From an uncultured Clostridiaceae bacterium (GTDB lineage Bacteria; Bacillota_I; Bacilli_A; RFN20; CAG-288), in NCBI GenBank assembly GCA_964427595.1, contig CAYRUQ010000004.1, positions 4,314-68,313 of the forward strand: 64,000 nucleotides of DNA, given 5' to 3'. Both the position numbers and the translations under genes were made by a program. The stretch's first letter is position 1. Every line of letters starts with the position of its first letter. Positions 7,325 through 16,306 of the stretch are shown one piece after another. Below the pieces are notes generated by a model, which was not told the origin of the DNA, ran no database searches, and saw only the letters and a list, made by a program, of their open reading frames with translations.

Positions 7325-10279
7325 ATGATTTCTGCAGGCATTGACATCGGGTCTACTACGATTAAAGCAGTTGTTATAGATGATTCCAATCAAATCATTT
7401 ATAAATCTTACGAAAGACATTATTCTCGAATCGCTGAGAAGTTAGAAGAAGTTATCACTCAATTAGAAACCGGACCTTTGAAGGGTATGAACAAAGTTCG
7501 TCTCTCCTTTTCTGGTTCTGCTGGTATGGGTATCGCCGAAAGCTGTGCTTTCCCTTTCTACCAAGAAGTTTATGCGACTAGAGAAGCGACTAAGAATTAT
7601 TTTCCTGATACTGACTGTATCATCGAACTCGGTGGTGAGGATGCAAAGATTCTCTTTTTGAGCGATGGTGTTGAAGTCAGAATGAATGGTACTTGCGCCG
7701 GTGGTACTGGTGCTTTTATCGATCAGATGGCTTCTTTGCTTAATGTTCCTATCGAAGAGGTTGATAAGTTAGCTTCTAAGCATGAGAGGACTTATACGAT
7801 CGCTTCTAGATGCGGTGTCTTTGCTAAGAGTGATATTCAGCCTTTACTCAACCAAGGTGCGAGAAAAGAAGATATCGCTGAATCTATCTTCTATGCGGTC
7901 GTCAACCAGACTATCGCCGGTTTAGCACAAGGAAGAGAGATCAAAGGCAATGTCATGTATCTTGGCGGCCCACTCTCTTTTATGAGTGAGTTAAGAAAAG
8001 CTTTTGATGAGACTTTGAAAGTGCAAGGTGTCCTTCCTGATAACTCTCTTTACTTCGTCGCTATCGGTGCTGCATTCTTGGCTAGAAAGGATGAAGAAGT
8101 CGATCTTTCTACGATTCTTGATAAAGTTAAAAACTATTCTAATTCTGATAACTTCGCCTACTTACCTCCTCTTTTCTCAAGTGAAGAAGAATATGATCAA
8201 TTTAAAAAGAGACATGAGAAAGACTATGTTCCTTCCCTTCCTTTAAATGAGTATGAAGGACCTTTATATTTAGGTGTTGATTCTGGTTCTACTACACTGA
8301 AACTAGTCGTCATCGATAAAGACGATAACATCCGTTATTCTCGTTATGTCTCCAATCAAGGCGATCCTATCGCTTTGCTAAAAGATATGCTCGAAGATAT
8401 CTATGACAACATGAATGAGAAAGCTTATATCGCTGGTGCCACTTCCACCGGATATGGTGAAGATTTAGCCAAGAACGCCTTCTCTCTTGATCATGGTATC
8501 GTCGAGACGATGGCTCATTTTGATGCAGCTAAACACTTCCTTAATGATGTCGAGTTCGTCATCGATATCGGTGGTCAAGACATCAAATGCTTCCGTATCA
8601 GAAACGGAGTCATCGATGATCTCTTCTTAAATGAAGCTTGTTCTTCTGGCTGTGGTTCTTTCTTACAGACCTTCGCTTCTTCTTTAGGTTATTCAATCGA
8701 AGACTTCAGCAAGTTAGCTCTCTTTGCTAAGAGACCGGTCAACTTAGGTTCAAGATGCACAGTCTTCATGAACTCCTCAGTCAAACAAGCACAGAAAGAC
8801 GGAGCTAGCATCAATGATATCTCAGCTGGTTTAGCTGTCTCTGTTGTTAAAAACGCCCTTTATAAAGTCATCCGTTGTGGATCTAAGGATGAACTTGGTA
8901 AGAGAGTCGTCGTTCAAGGTGGAACTTTCTTAAACGATGCTGTTTTAAGAGCGTTTGAACAAGAGCTTGAAATCGATGTCATCAGAAGTAACATCGCTGG
9001 TTTGATGGGCGCTTATGGAGCGGCTTTAGATGCTAAGAATCTCAAGCTTGAGAAATCAAGTATCATCTCTCGTGAAGAATTGAAGACATTCAATCGTAAA
9101 GTCGTCTCCTCTATCTGTCAGCTTTGTAATAATAAATGTCATCTCACCATCTCTATCTTTGATGGAAATCGTGTTTTCATCGGTGGAAATAGATGTGAGA
9201 AGCCGGTCACTAAGAGATCCGCTGATCTCTCTTTAGACCTCTACGAATTCAAATATCGTCTTATTAGAAGTTATAACTACGAGAATTCAACTCTTGATTT
9301 TAAGAGAGGAACAATCGGTCTTCCGATGGGACTCAATTACTATGAACTCACTCCGTTCTGGGCGTGCTTTTTTAACTCACTCGGCTTCAAAGTCGTTCTC
9401 TCTGATCGTTCTACTAACAAGATGTACCTTCAAGGTCAGATGACGATCCCTTCTGATACTGTCTGTTATCCGGCTAAACTCCTTCACGGACATGTCGTCA
9501 ATCTGATTGACAAGGGTGTGAAGACCATCTTCTATCCTTGTATGTCTTATAACATCAAGGAAGAGAAGACTGACAACCACTATAACTGCCCGGTCGTCGC
9601 TTATTACTCAGAAGTCATCAACGCCAATGTCAAAGCTTTAAGAAACGAGCAGATCACTTATCTCAAGCCTTATGTCAATCTCTCTGAGAAAGCTTATTTC
9701 CCTGAGAAGATATACGAGTATCTCCATGATTATTATCCTGATCTCTCACTTGGCGAAGTCAAGAAAGCCAGTAAAGTTGCTTATGCTGAATATGAGCGTT
9801 ATCTCAAACTGATTGAGAGAAAAGGTATGAATATCATCAAGAGAAGCAGAGATGAAAAGAAGACGATCATTGTCTTAGCTGGTCGTCCTTATCACATCGA
9901 CCCTTTGATCAACCACGATATTCATAAACTGATCATGGAATATAATTGCTCAGTCGTCAGCGAGGATATCGTTGCTAAGCTTGAGAAAAATCCGGAAGTC
10001 AGTCATGTCTTAAATCAGTGGACTTATCATTCACGTCTTTATAAAGCTGCTGAATATATCGAACATTATGATGACATGCAGCTTATTCAACTCGTCTCCT
10101 TCGGATGCGGTGTTGATGCTGTCACCACTGATGAAGTCAGAGATATCTTAGAGAGAAAGAATAAAATTTACACGCAGATTAAAATCGATGAAGTCACCAA
10201 TCTCGGCGCTGTGAAAATCAGAATCAGATCGCTGTTAGAAGCCCTTAAGAGAAGGGAGAGTCAACATGGGCGAAATTAA
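7325..10279 (+). CDS. BcrAD/BadFG-type double ATPase ('CoA-substrate-specific enzyme activase') fused to a dehydratase-related domain; PlsA/PlsR-family large subunit candidate
   Basis: Two ASKHA N-terminal motifs (GIDIGSTTIKAVV and GVDSGSTTLKLVV). Cluster-ligand-type NGTCAGGTGAFID and NEACSSGCGSFLQ. Cys-rich linker CQLCNNKCHLT..GGNRCEK. 984 aa. Confidence 0.75.
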   Translation: MISAGIDIGSTTIKAVVIDDSNQIIYKSYERHYSRIAEKLEEVITQLETGPLKGMNKVRLSFSGSAGMGIAESCAFPFYQEVYATREATKNYFPDTDCIIELGGEDAKILFLSDGVEVRMNGTCAGGTGAFIDQMASLLNVPIEEVDKLASKHERTYTIASRCGVFAKSDIQPLLNQGARKEDIAESIFYAVVNQTIAGLAQGREIKGNVMYLGGPLSFMSELRKAFDETLKVQGVLPDNSLYFVAIGAAFLARKDEEVDLSTILDKVKNYSNSDNFAYLPPLFSSEEEYDQFKKRHEKDYVPSLPLNEYEGPLYLGVDSGSTTLKLVVIDKDDNIRYSRYVSNQGDPIALLKDMLEDIYDNMNEKAYIAGATSTGYGEDLAKNAFSLDHGIVETMAHFDAAKHFLNDVEFVIDIGGQDIKCFRIRNGVIDDLFLNEACSSGCGSFLQTFASSLGYSIEDFSKLALFAKRPVNLGSRCTVFMNSSVKQAQKDGASINDISAGLAVSVVKNALYKVIRCGSKDELGKRVVVQGGTFLNDAVLRAFEQELEIDVIRSNIAGLMGAYGAALDAKNLKLEKSSIISREELKTFNRKVVSSICQLCNNKCHLTISIFDGNRVFIGGNRCEKPVTKRSADLSLDLYEFKYRLIRSYNYENSTLDFKRGTIGLPMGLNYYELTPFWACFFNSLGFKVVLSDRSTNKMYLQGQMTIPSDTVCYPAKLLHGHVVNLIDKGVKTIFYPCMSYNIKEEKTDNHYNCPVVAYYSEVINANVKALRNEQITYLKPYVNLSEKAYFPEKIYEYLHDYYPDLSLGEVKKASKVAYAEYERYLKLIERKGMNIIKRSRDEKKTIIVLAGRPYHIDPLINHDIHKLIMEYNCSVVSEDIVAKLEKNPEVSHVLNQWTYHSRLYKAAEYIEHYDDMQLIQLVSFGCGVDAVTTDEVRDILERKNKIYTQIKIDEVTNLGAVKIRIRSLLEALKRRESQHGRN

Positions 10280-11564
10280 ATTAAAAAGAGCTAAAAATGG
10301 TCGTGTCCTCTTCACCAAAGAGATGAAGAAGGAATATACGATCCTCTTCCCGATGATGGCTCCTATCCACTTCACCATCATTCAAAGAGTTTTCAATTCC
10401 TATGGTTATAAAGCTGAGCTATTAAAAGGTACCAGCCCTGAAATCGCTCAAACTGGTTTGAAGTATATTCAAAACGATATGTGCTATCCGGCCATCTTAA
10501 GTTGTGGTCAACTCATCCACGCTCTTCAAAGCGGGGATTATGATGTCAATAAAGTCGCTTTGATGATCACTCAAACTGGTGGTGGATGCCGTGCTTCTAA
10601 CTACATCTATCTATTAAGAAAAGGTCTCAAGAGAGCCGGTCTTGAATCTGTTCCGGTCATCTCTTTAAACATCTCCGGTCTTGAGAAGAATCCTGGTCTT
10701 AAGATCTCATTAACGATGATCAGAAAAGCTTTGGCTGCTTTGATCTACGGAGACATGTTGATGTGTCTTAAAAACCAAGCAGAGCCTTATGAGATTCATA
10801 AAGGTGAGACAGAGGCTAAGGTCAACAAATGGGTCGATAAACTCTCGGAAGAGATTCTTCATTCTGGCGGTTATAAATTAAAGACTGTCAAAGCTAATCT
10901 TGATAAGATAGCCGCTGATTTTGACAAGATTGAAAGAGATGATGTCAAGCGTGTCAAAGTCGGTGTCGTCGGTGAGATTTATGTCAAGTATGCAGCTTTA
11001 GGTAACAACAACTTGGAGGAGTTTTTAAGAGAACAGGATTGTGAAGTTAATCTTCCTGGTATGTTGAATTTCGTCCTCTTCAAGATTGATAACCGTCTTG
11101 ACGATATCAGACTTTATGGTGGACATCGTCTCAAGAAATTCTTCGTTCAACTGCTCTTTAATTACTGTACGAAGATTCAAACTCTCTTCTCAGAAGCTAT
11201 CAGAAATAATTCTCACTTTGAAGTCCCTTCCACTTATCAACATGTTAAAGAACTCGTCAAGGGTGTTAACGGATACGGAAACAAGATGGGAGAAGGTTGG
11301 TTGTTGACCGGTGAGATGATTGAGCTTACTGAAGCTGGCTATCCTAATATCGTCTGTGCTCAACCATTCGGTTGTCTTCCTAATCACATCTCCGGCAAGG
11401 GAATGCTCAGAAGAATCAGAGAACTTTATCCTAAAGCTAACATCGTAGCTGTTGATTATGATCCTGGTGCTCCTAAAGTTAACCAAGAAAACAGAATCAA
11501 GCTGATGTTATCTATCGGCAGAGAGAATCTCGAACAAGAGATTGAAGAAAGTAAAAAAGATTAA
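10266..11564 (+). CDS. 2-hydroxyacyl-CoA dehydratase D-component-like protein; small partner of the activase-related protein
   Basis: 432 aa. Conserved Cys contexts (QNDMCYPA, QTGGGCRASNY, CAQPFGCLPNH) typical of the HgdB/BcrB-like family. 14-nt overlap with the upstream gene; GGGAGAG SD. Confidence 0.65.
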   Translation: MGEIKLKRAKNGRVLFTKEMKKEYTILFPMMAPIHFTIIQRVFNSYGYKAELLKGTSPEIAQTGLKYIQNDMCYPAILSCGQLIHALQSGDYDVNKVALMITQTGGGCRASNYIYLLRKGLKRAGLESVPVISLNISGLEKNPGLKISLTMIRKALAALIYGDMLMCLKNQAEPYEIHKGETEAKVNKWVDKLSEEILHSGGYKLKTVKANLDKIAADFDKIERDDVKRVKVGVVGEIYVKYAALGNNNLEEFLREQDCEVNLPGMLNFVLFKIDNRLDDIRLYGGHRLKKFFVQLLFNYCTKIQTLFSEAIRNNSHFEVPSTYQHVKELVKGVNGYGNKMGEGWLLTGEMIELTEAGYPNIVCAQPFGCLPNHISGKGMLRRIRELYPKANIVAVDYDPGAPKVNQENRIKLMLSIGRENLEQEIEESKKD

Positions 11565-11573
11565 ATAGTAAAA

Positions 11574-11618
11574 AGTCTGTATCGTGACCCTCTGGTTGTA
11601 CTGATACAGACTTTTTTT
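11574..11618. terminator. Bidirectional intrinsic terminator
   Basis: Stem agtctgtatc (11574-11583) pairs with gatacagact (11603-11612). A-run upstream and T6 downstream. Sits between convergent genes. Confidence 0.8.
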
Positions 11619-11656
11619 AAATCTTAATTTAATTATTACAAATTGGTTCTAAGAGA

Positions 11657-12424
11657 TTATTGTAACTTCAGATTACAATCTACAACATATCCACGAAGTA
11701 GATAAAGAACTCTTACATTATTAGCATTAATATTGTTAGTGAAGAAGTCTTCATCATTTTCTAACTTATCAAGAAGGACTTGTTTCATCATATCAAAGGT
11801 ATATGCGTCAGCTTCAATAGGTATGATCAAGCTTTGATCATGGATGAAATAAGGAGAAGAAAGACAGAGGAGATTGTCTTTTATCAAGAAGGAATCATTG
11901 ACGAAGACAGTCAGATATCCATTAAATAATTCACGGACGAAAAGAACGACCTGATGGAAGATCTTCTCTCTATTACTTTTAAAAGTCTTAAGGATTTTAT
12001 TATCGATGATTCCGTCTTTAGATGCGATTTTTAAAATTGCTATTGGAGAGAGTTTTGCCAGTAATACTGAAAGGTCGATAGTGACTTTAGCAAAGAGAAA
12101 ATTATCAATGACGATCAAAGCATCATTCTTAGCATTTAAAGCAGCATCTTTTCCTTCAGTGAGGTTATTGACGATAGCGGTGAAAGCTTTGTCATAAGCC
12201 TTTAAAGCTTTAGTGGCTTCTTCTTTACCTTGTGCTTTAGCGATGATCAAATGTTCGATATATGAATAAAGAAGGAGAGCGATATCTGTTTCTAATCCAC
12301 TTTGGATATGTCCTTTAGTCGTAGAGGTATTAAAGATTGATGTATTCAGTTTCCCATCCGTATAAAAAGTAAGTTTAGTTTCATCAAGATTGGTGATTTT
12401 TTCAATGAATTCTTGTTTGTTCAT
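11657..12424 (-). CDS. Hypothetical cytosolic protein
   Basis: ORF-track start 12445 is TTG. I prefer ATG 12424 (MNKQEF), which lies 9 nt downstream of the extended -10 TGGTATAAT (12442-12434). No SD, so possibly leaderless. Confidence 0.5.
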   Translation of the reverse strand: MNKQEFIEKITNLDETKLTFYTDGKLNTSIFNTSTTKGHIQSGLETDIALLLYSYIEHLIIAKAQGKEEATKALKAYDKAFTAIVNNLTEGKDAALNAKNDALIVIDNFLFAKVTIDLSVLLAKLSPIAILKIASKDGIIDNKILKTFKSNREKIFHQVVLFVRELFNGYLTVFVNDSFLIKDNLLCLSSPYFIHDQSLIIPIEADAYTFDMMKQVLLDKLENDEDFFTNNINANNVRVLYLLRGYVVDCNLKLQ

Positions 12425-12476
12425 ACTAGGGCAATTATACCACAATTAGACGGGTTTAAGATTTTTGTTGAGAATT

Positions 12477-12513
12477 GAAAAAGCCACCGCAGAAAGGAGG
12501 TAAAGGCGGTGGC
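12477..12513 (-). terminator. Intrinsic terminator of clpB
   Basis: Minus strand reads GCCACCGC-loop-GCGGTGGC followed by a T-run (plus-strand A-run at 12477-12482). Confidence 0.8.
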
Positions 12514-12528
12514 AAACCTAAGCTTTTA

Positions 12529-15084
12529 TCAAGCTATTTGAAGTGAAAAACCATCACTAGTGAGACTGATCTCAGATTTTATATTTCCGGAGATGAGCTC
12601 TTCAGCGATTTTAGTTTCCACATTGTTTTGAATATATCTTCTTATCGGACGAGCACCATAAGTGATATCAAAGGAGTTTTGATGGATGAAGTCGATAGCT
12701 TTTTGATCATAAGTGAAAGTGATCTCTTTGTTCGCTAATCTGTTTTTAAGTTGATTTAGGAATTTCTCGATGATCTTATCAACGACATCATCGGTGAGAG
12801 AATTGAACATAACTGTCTCATCGATTCTATTTAAGAACTCGGGTTTGAAGGTTCTCTTTAATAGCATCTCGACCTTTGCTCTCTCCTCATCAGTATTGCC
12901 GTTAAGTAAGAATTCAGAACCGAGATTTGAGGTCATGATGATGATCGTATTAGTGAAGTCGATCGTTTTACCTTGACCATCTGTCAGTCTTCCATCATCA
13001 AGAACTTGAAGAAGGATATTGAAGACATCCGGATGAGCTTTTTCAACTTCATCAAACAAGACGATTGAATAAGGTTTTCTCTTGACGGCTTCAGTTAACT
13101 GACCGCCTTCTTCATAACCGATATAACCAGGAGCAGCACCGACTAAACGGCTGACATTCTCTTTTTCCATGTATTCAGACATATCGATTCTGACAATCTG
13201 TTTTTCAGAATCAAATAGCTGTTCGGCTAGAGCTTTAGCTACTTCGGTTTTACCTACACCAGTAGGGCCTAAAAACAAGAAAGAACCGATCGGTCTATTT
13301 TGATCAGAGAGACCAGCTCTTGATCTGATGATTGAATTAGAGATTTGAGTCAAAGCTAAATCTTGACCGATGACTCTCTTTTCAAGTTCAGATTTAAGAG
13401 AAAGGATTTTTTGTGACTCACTTTGATTGAGCTTACTGACCGGGATACCCGTCCAAGAAGAGACGACTTCAGCGATAGTCTCATTAGAGACGACATCAGA
13501 GAGAAGTCTCGCCTCTTTCGTATTATTGATAGCTTCTTTTAATTGTGTTTCTAAAGTCGGGATATCTTGGTGTTGTAATTTAGCGGCTGTTAAATAATCA
13601 GCATCAGCCATCGCTTTATCGAGGTTGAGTCTAGCAGCATCCAATTGTTTTTTGATAACTTTCTGTTTTTCAGCCTCTGCTTTTTCATTTTTCCAAGTAG
13701 CAGTCAACTCATCTTTCTTTTGTTGTAAATCAGAGATGTCTTTCTCCATATCTTCAAGTCTCTTCTTAGCAGCATCAGTCTCATCTTTTTTAAGTGAGAC
13801 TTTTTCAATCTGAAGTTGCATCAGCTTTCTTGAGACTTCATCAAGCTCTTCTGGCATCGTATCAATTTGCATTCTTATCTTTGAACATGCTTCATCGACG
13901 AGGTCGATCGCCTTATCAGGGAGATAACGATCGGTGATGTATCTCTTAGAGAGAGTGACAGCTGCAATCAAAGCATCATCAGTGATTTCCACGCCATGAT
14001 GTTGTTCATATCTATCTTTGATACCCCTTAAGATAGCGATTGAATCTTCGATAGTCGGTTCATCAATCAAAACTTTCTGCATTCTTCTTGCAAAAGCAGG
14101 ATCTTTCTCGATGTATTTTCTATATTCGTTGATAGTAGTAGCACCGATACAATGAAGCTCACCTCTAGCCAACATCGGTTTGAGAATGTTTGCTGCATCC
14201 AAAGAAGAATCACCACCGGCACCAGCTCCTATTAATGTATGAATCTCATCGATGAAAAGGATGATATTGCCGTGACTTTCTGTCACTTCTTTCATGACAG
14301 CTTTCAATCTTTCCTCAAACTCACCACGATATTTAGCGCCAGCGATTAAAGAACCGACATTAAGCTCGAATATCGTCTTGTTTTTAAGCGACTCAGGAAC
14401 ATCGCCTTTGAAGATTCGCCAAGCTAATCCTTCAACGACAGCTGTTTTACCAACACCGGGATCACCGATTAAGACAGGATTGTTCTTACTCTTTCTAGAT
14501 AAGATCTCCATCACCCTTCTGATTTCGAGATCTCTTCCGATGACAGGATCAACTTTACCTGAAGCAACATCAGAAACCAAATCTCTTCCGTATTTCTGAA
14601 GTGCTTCATATTGAATTTCCGGATTATCAGTAGTTACATGGCTATTTCCTCTGATAGAATCGATAGTCTTTTTAAATTGAGATTTATTGTAATTTTCCAA
14701 TTTAGAGAGCTTGACTACCAGAGAGTGTTTGGTATCAAACTGAGCTAAAAGAAGGTGCTCAACTGACATGTATTCATCGGACATCTGTTTCTCATATTTA
14801 GATGCTGAATACATCAGATTCTTCAAATCAGCTGAGAAATTAGGAGACGCAGTAGAAGTGGTTTTAACTGAATCTTTGATATAGGAATCAATCTCTTGAG
14901 AGACGACTTTAACATCGATGTTCAGCTTCTTTAAAATGTTTACATAAAGGCTATTATCTTGATCAAATAAAGCTCTTAAAAGAGAAGGTATATCAGTCGT
15001 CGACAGATGATTTTCTTTGGAAATTTGACTAGCCTTATTGAGAGCTTCGATCACTCTAGTCGTATATTTTTGTTCTTCGGCCAT
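12529..15084 (-). CDS. clpB: ATP-dependent chaperone/disaggregase ClpB
   Basis: 851 aa. Two AAA modules (GDPGVGKTA, GPTGVGKTE) and a long coiled-coil middle domain between them. GGGAGGA SD. Confidence 0.95.
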   Translation of the reverse strand: MAEEQKYTTRVIEALNKASQISKENHLSTTDIPSLLRALFDQDNSLYVNILKKLNIDVKVVSQEIDSYIKDSVKTTSTASPNFSADLKNLMYSASKYEKQMSDEYMSVEHLLLAQFDTKHSLVVKLSKLENYNKSQFKKTIDSIRGNSHVTTDNPEIQYEALQKYGRDLVSDVASGKVDPVIGRDLEIRRVMEILSRKSKNNPVLIGDPGVGKTAVVEGLAWRIFKGDVPESLKNKTIFELNVGSLIAGAKYRGEFEERLKAVMKEVTESHGNIILFIDEIHTLIGAGAGGDSSLDAANILKPMLARGELHCIGATTINEYRKYIEKDPAFARRMQKVLIDEPTIEDSIAILRGIKDRYEQHHGVEITDDALIAAVTLSKRYITDRYLPDKAIDLVDEACSKIRMQIDTMPEELDEVSRKLMQLQIEKVSLKKDETDAAKKRLEDMEKDISDLQQKKDELTATWKNEKAEAEKQKVIKKQLDAARLNLDKAMADADYLTAAKLQHQDIPTLETQLKEAINNTKEARLLSDVVSNETIAEVVSSWTGIPVSKLNQSESQKILSLKSELEKRVIGQDLALTQISNSIIRSRAGLSDQNRPIGSFLFLGPTGVGKTEVAKALAEQLFDSEKQIVRIDMSEYMEKENVSRLVGAAPGYIGYEEGGQLTEAVKRKPYSIVLFDEVEKAHPDVFNILLQVLDDGRLTDGQGKTIDFTNTIIIMTSNLGSEFLLNGNTDEERAKVEMLLKRTFKPEFLNRIDETVMFNSLTDDVVDKIIEKFLNQLKNRLANKEITFTYDQKAIDFIHQNSFDITYGARPIRRYIQNNVETKIAEELISGNIKSEISLTSDGFSLQIA

Positions 15085-15123
15085 AGAAATTTCCTCCCTT
15101 CGCTCAATATTATAGTCAGCAAA

Positions 15124-15150
15124 TTAGCACTTTCAAGTCTAGAGTGCTAA
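15124..15150 (-). promoter_or_regulatory. CIRCE operator (HrcA site) overlapping the clpB promoter
   Basis: Minus strand TTAGCACTC-TAGACTTGA-AAGTGCTAA against consensus TTAGCACTC-N9-GAGTGCTAA (1 mismatch). TTGAAA inside it lies 16 nt from TATAAT (15114-15109), upstream of the clpB ATG. Confidence 0.85.
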
Positions 15151-15268
15151 ATATCTTAATTTGGCCTAGGTTGCTTTTGAAATAAATGAGATAATTTGAA
15201 CCTTGATAAAAAGTCTTTATCCCACTCTTAAATTTTCTATTTTTCTGTTTTGCTCTATAATTTTAGTT

Positions 15269-16306
15269 ATGACTACCTGGGGTATTGTTTTAGTCGTCAT
15301 CATCGCTTTGCTCTTCCTTTATGTTATCGTCTCTCTTATTTTCACTGCTTTTGTTTGCAAAAAGATGTTTTGGGTGAGAGGAAGTGATCCGGATAACCCT
15401 TGTTATTTGAGAGAAGAAGATTATCCAGAACTTCAAAAGGAAGATTATGTCGTCGGTTATTATGGAAGAGCGATAAGAGGATATATCTACTCCGATAAAA
15501 ACATCAGCCAGTACAAAGGGTTTATCATTCTTTCACATGGTTTTTTTGGCACTCATATCCAGTATCTTTTAGATATCAGTTGGCTTACTAAAAACGGATA
15601 TAAAGTTCTCGCTTATGATCAGTTTGGAAACGGAATCTCTGATGGTAAAAATCAGGATAATCTCTCAGTCGGTGTTTATGTTTTAGAGAATGTCCTTAGG
15701 AATGTGATTAAACATGATGTTAATGCTGGCTTACCTCTTTATTTGTACGGACATTCTTGGGGTGGTTATTCTGTAAGCGGAGCTTTAAAACATTATCCGC
15801 AGGTTAAAAAAGCTATAGTCAGATCAGGTTTCACATCTCCGATTCAAGCAGGGTTAAGTCTTTTAAAACAGAAGAAACCTGTTTTAACTCTTCTTTTCAC
15901 ACCTGGAATTTATCTCTCTTATTTGATTCTTTTTGGAAGAAAAGGATTCACGAAAGGAACTAGGGGACTAAAGAGAAATCATAAGACTCAAGTCTTATAT
16001 ATTTATGCTAGCGATGATCCGATGGTTCTTCCTTCTAACTCACTTGCTGTTTATTATCAAAAACACCCAAAATCAATTGCGACAGTTCATATCTCAGAAA
16101 ATGGTCTTCATAACTCTCTTTTAACTATAGAGAGTCAAAACAGGTATCATGAACTAGTTAAAGAATATCAAAACATCTTGAAGATTGAAGATGAAGATGA
16201 AAGAAAAAAGGTGGAGAAAGAATTCCTCCACCAGTTAAATAGACGAAACGAATATCAATTAAACGAAGAAGTCGCTGATGATATCTTAGCTTTTCTTAAT
16301 GATTGA
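15269..16306 (+). CDS. Membrane-anchored alpha/beta-fold serine hydrolase
   Basis: Nucleophile elbow GHSWGG; LSHGFFG oxyanion-type region; N-terminal TM. The ORF track starts at TTG 15203 without SD. ATG 15269 lies 7 nt after TATAAT (15256-15261). The string TATAATTTTAGTT-ATG recurs at 51375-51359, which supports a leaderless start. Confidence 0.6.
   Translation: MTTWGIVLVVIIALLFLYVIVSLIFTAFVCKKMFWVRGSDPDNPCYLREEDYPELQKEDYVVGYYGRAIRGYIYSDKNISQYKGFIILSHGFFGTHIQYLLDISWLTKNGYKVLAYDQFGNGISDGKNQDNLSVGVYVLENVLRNVIKHDVNAGLPLYLYGHSWGGYSVSGALKHYPQVKKAIVRSGFTSPIQAGLSLLKQKKPVLTLLFTPGIYLSYLILFGRKGFTKGTRGLKRNHKTQVLYIYASDDPMVLPSNSLAVYYQKHPKSIATVHISENGLHNSLLTIESQNRYHELVKEYQNILKIEDEDERKKVEKEFLHQLNRRNEYQLNEEVADDILAFLND

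Noticed and set aside
16296-16306. 11-nt convergent overlap of the hydrolase and tyrS 3' ends with no terminator between them.
   Set aside because: The overlap is real in the sequence but unremarkable in compact genomes, and no functional inference could be supported.
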